A stretch of 64,000 nucleotides of DNA from an uncultured Gammaproteobacteria bacterium (GTDB lineage: Bacteria; Pseudomonadota; Gammaproteobacteria; Xanthomonadales; SZUA-38): positions 24,081 to 88,080 of the forward strand of contig CAZLJY010000001.1 in the NCBI GenBank assembly GCA_964559945.1, written 5' to 3'. Under the pieces are notes generated by a model. The model was not told the origin of the DNA and searched no databases. It was given only the letters and a program-made list of their open reading frames with translations. This document shows, piece by piece, positions 62,411-64,000 of this stretch. The translations under genes were made by a program, and so were the position numbers. Every line of letters starts with the position of its first letter. The first letter of the stretch is position 1.

Positions 62411-64000
62411 TTGTCTACCGATTCGCCTCAGTCGGGCAGGGGTCTGGCTGACAACGTTGAGGAACTGCTTGGCCCTAACGGTGAGTTGGATTTGGCGTGG
62501 CCCAAATTTCGGCCGCGAGATGGCCAACGTCAGCTAGCTGCAGAAATTTCAGAGGCGATTGAATCGGCATCCGTTTTAATTGCTGAAGCAGGCACGGGCA
62601 TCGGCAAAACCTATGCGTATTTGCTGCCCGCGCTGGTTTCAGGCCAGAGGGTGGTTGTCTCCACCGGAACCCGTACCTTGCAGGATCAGTTGTATCAGAG
62701 GGATATCCCGAATTTACTGGCTGCGTTGGACCTTAACCCCAGGGTGGCGTTGCTCAAAGGGCGATCCAATTACCTCTGCCTGCAGCGGATGGATAATGCC
62801 GCTGATAGTGGCCTGATAGACACGCAGGACCTATATTCACTGCTATCCAAAGTTCGCCGTTGGGCGGAGCAAACCCGCGATGGGGAGCTTAGCGGCGCCC
62901 ATTTTTTGCCGGAAAATTCCAAACTCAGACCCCAGGTTTCCTCCACCGTCGACAATTGCCTAGGCGGTGACTGCCCGCGGTATGGCGATTGCTACGTGAT
63001 GAAGGCCCGCCGCCGCGCCCAGGAAGCCGACCTGGTGGTGGTGAATCATCATTTACTGTTTGCCGATTTGTCACTGAAGCAGGAGGGGTTTGGCGAGTTG
63101 CTGCCTGAATGCGACGTGATTGTTGTTGATGAGGCCCATCAGGTTCCAGATGTGGCGAGCCGATTTTTTGGGCGCGGATTTACTTATCGTCAACTCAGTG
63201 AGCTGGCTCGCGATTGTCGCACCGAAGCCGGTGGGGAGGCAGGGGTGCTGCCTACGGTTACAGAGGTGTTGGGGAAATTGGATGCTGGGGCAAGGCGACT
63301 GCGCTTGGCGCTGACAACGTCTGGGAGTCAATTGGGTAGCCGAGGACCCTGGCAGCAGGCGCGTCACAGAGGGGGCGTAGAACAAGAGCTAGTGGTAGTG
63401 GTGCAGACCCTTAGCGAACTGAGCCAAACCCTGAAGCCTCTGGCTCCGGCCAGCGCGGGTCTAGAGTCGGTTTGGGTCCGATGCCAGCGGGTTCAAAGCG
63501 CAGCCCAGACGTTTCTGAACGATGAAGATGGGGATCACGTGTGTTGGTATGAAACCAGTCGACATGGTTTTCAGCTTCAGCGGACACCGCTAAATTTGTC
63601 CCAGGCTCTGGGGTCGATCCGAGAAGCGGCGGCTCCGTGCTGGATCTACACCTCAGCGACGCTATCAGTGGGGGGCAAGTTTGACCTGTTTCAGAGTCAA
63701 TTGGGACTGCAAGATGCGGCAACGCTATCCATTGACAGTCCCTTTGACTTCGCTAGCAAAGCATTGCTTTACCATCCGCCCGCTTTGCCGGAACCCGCGT
63801 CACCGGGTTTCGTCGCCGCATTTGTTGCTGCCTTGTTGCCACTGCTTCAGATTACCGGCGGGCGTGCTTTTTTGCTGTTTACCAGTCATCGCAACTTACA
63901 GCAGGCTCGCAGCTTGTTGAGTCATGCCCTCGATCTACCGATTTTTGTTCAAGGAGACGCCCCACGTCATCAATTGCTAGAGGATTTTCGGCAATCAGGT
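62411..64000 (+). CDS. yoaA: DinG-family ATP-dependent DNA helicase YoaA; 3' end lies outside the window
   Basis: This ORF is not in the supplied track because it runs off the window. Frame 2 is open from the TAG at 62405-62407 to nt 64000. Conserved blocks include FRPRDGQRQLAAEISEAIE, AEAGTGIGKTYAYLLPA, LKGRSNYLCL, DNCLGGDCPRYGDCYVMKARRRA and VVDEAHQ. The start is provisionally the TTG at 62411. Confidence 0.85.
   Translation, partial: MSTDSPQSGRGLADNVEELLGPNGELDLAWPKFRPRDGQRQLAAEISEAIESASVLIAEAGTGIGKTYAYLLPALVSGQRVVVSTGTRTLQDQLYQRDIPNLLAALDLNPRVALLKGRSNYLCLQRMDNAADSGLIDTQDLYSLLSKVRRWAEQTRDGELSGAHFLPENSKLRPQVSSTVDNCLGGDCPRYGDCYVMKARRRAQEADLVVVNHHLLFADLSLKQEGFGELLPECDVIVVDEAHQVPDVASRFFGRGFTYRQLSELARDCRTEAGGEAGVLPTVTEVLGKLDAGARRLRLALTTSGSQLGSRGPWQQARHRGGVEQELVVVVQTLSELSQTLKPLAPASAGLESVWVRCQRVQSAAQTFLNDEDGDHVCWYETSRHGFQLQRTPLNLSQALGSIREAAAPCWIYTSATLSVGGKFDLFQSQLGLQDAATLSIDSPFDFASKALLYHPPALPEPASPGFVAAFVAALLPLLQITGGRAFLLFTSHRNLQQARSLLSHALDLPIFVQGDAPRHQLLEDFRQSG

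Overview
This 64-kb chromosomal window comes from a moderately GC-rich, Gammaproteobacteria-like (marine heterotroph style) genome and is almost fully coding. From left to right it contains the following. (1) A polyuronate/alginate-type module: a beta-helix protein, a PL6 lyase, an SDR and a ManD-type dehydratase. (2) A tricorn-like S41 protease and an acyl-CoA dehydrogenase. (3) An orphan GspG-like pseudopilin translationally coupled to a GGDEF-EAL sensor. (4) A decayed CocE/NonD hydrolase paralog abutting an AraC / TonB-dependent receptor / quinohemoprotein PQQ alcohol dehydrogenase cassette. (5) Two adjacent divergent gene pairs (divergons), each joining a secreted serine hydrolase or peptidase to a membrane-anchored ToxR/CadC-like winged-helix regulator, with helically phased direct repeats in the shared intergenic regions. 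(6) glpK and a HAMP-GAF protein. (7) A visibly AT-rich, degraded mosaic island of about 5.7 kb at tRNA-Lys(UUU). It carries an AbiEi/AbiEii type IV toxin-antitoxin (TA) pair with twin palindromes around its promoter, a C5-methyltransferase remnant, a tRNA-like relic, an IS3-family IS with a canonical -1 frameshift site, a broken second integrase, an excisionase-like gene and an intact integrase. (8) Housekeeping genes: add, dps, hrpA, a MATE pump, relA, rbsK and yoaA. (9) A 919-aa adhesin-like protein. (10) A Ser/Thr kinase with about 80-aa periplasmic repeats. (11) An isolated 1450-aa three-glycosyltransferase protein with a central coiled coil. No rRNA genes or CRISPR arrays were seen. The best candidates for undescribed biology are the peptidase/ToxR-like divergons, which share a GTCGTGATTT motif with the pseudopilin/c-di-GMP operon, then the giant coiled-coil glycosyltransferase, and then the palindrome-controlled AbiE module. 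All functional calls rest on motif recognition by eye; no database search was run.
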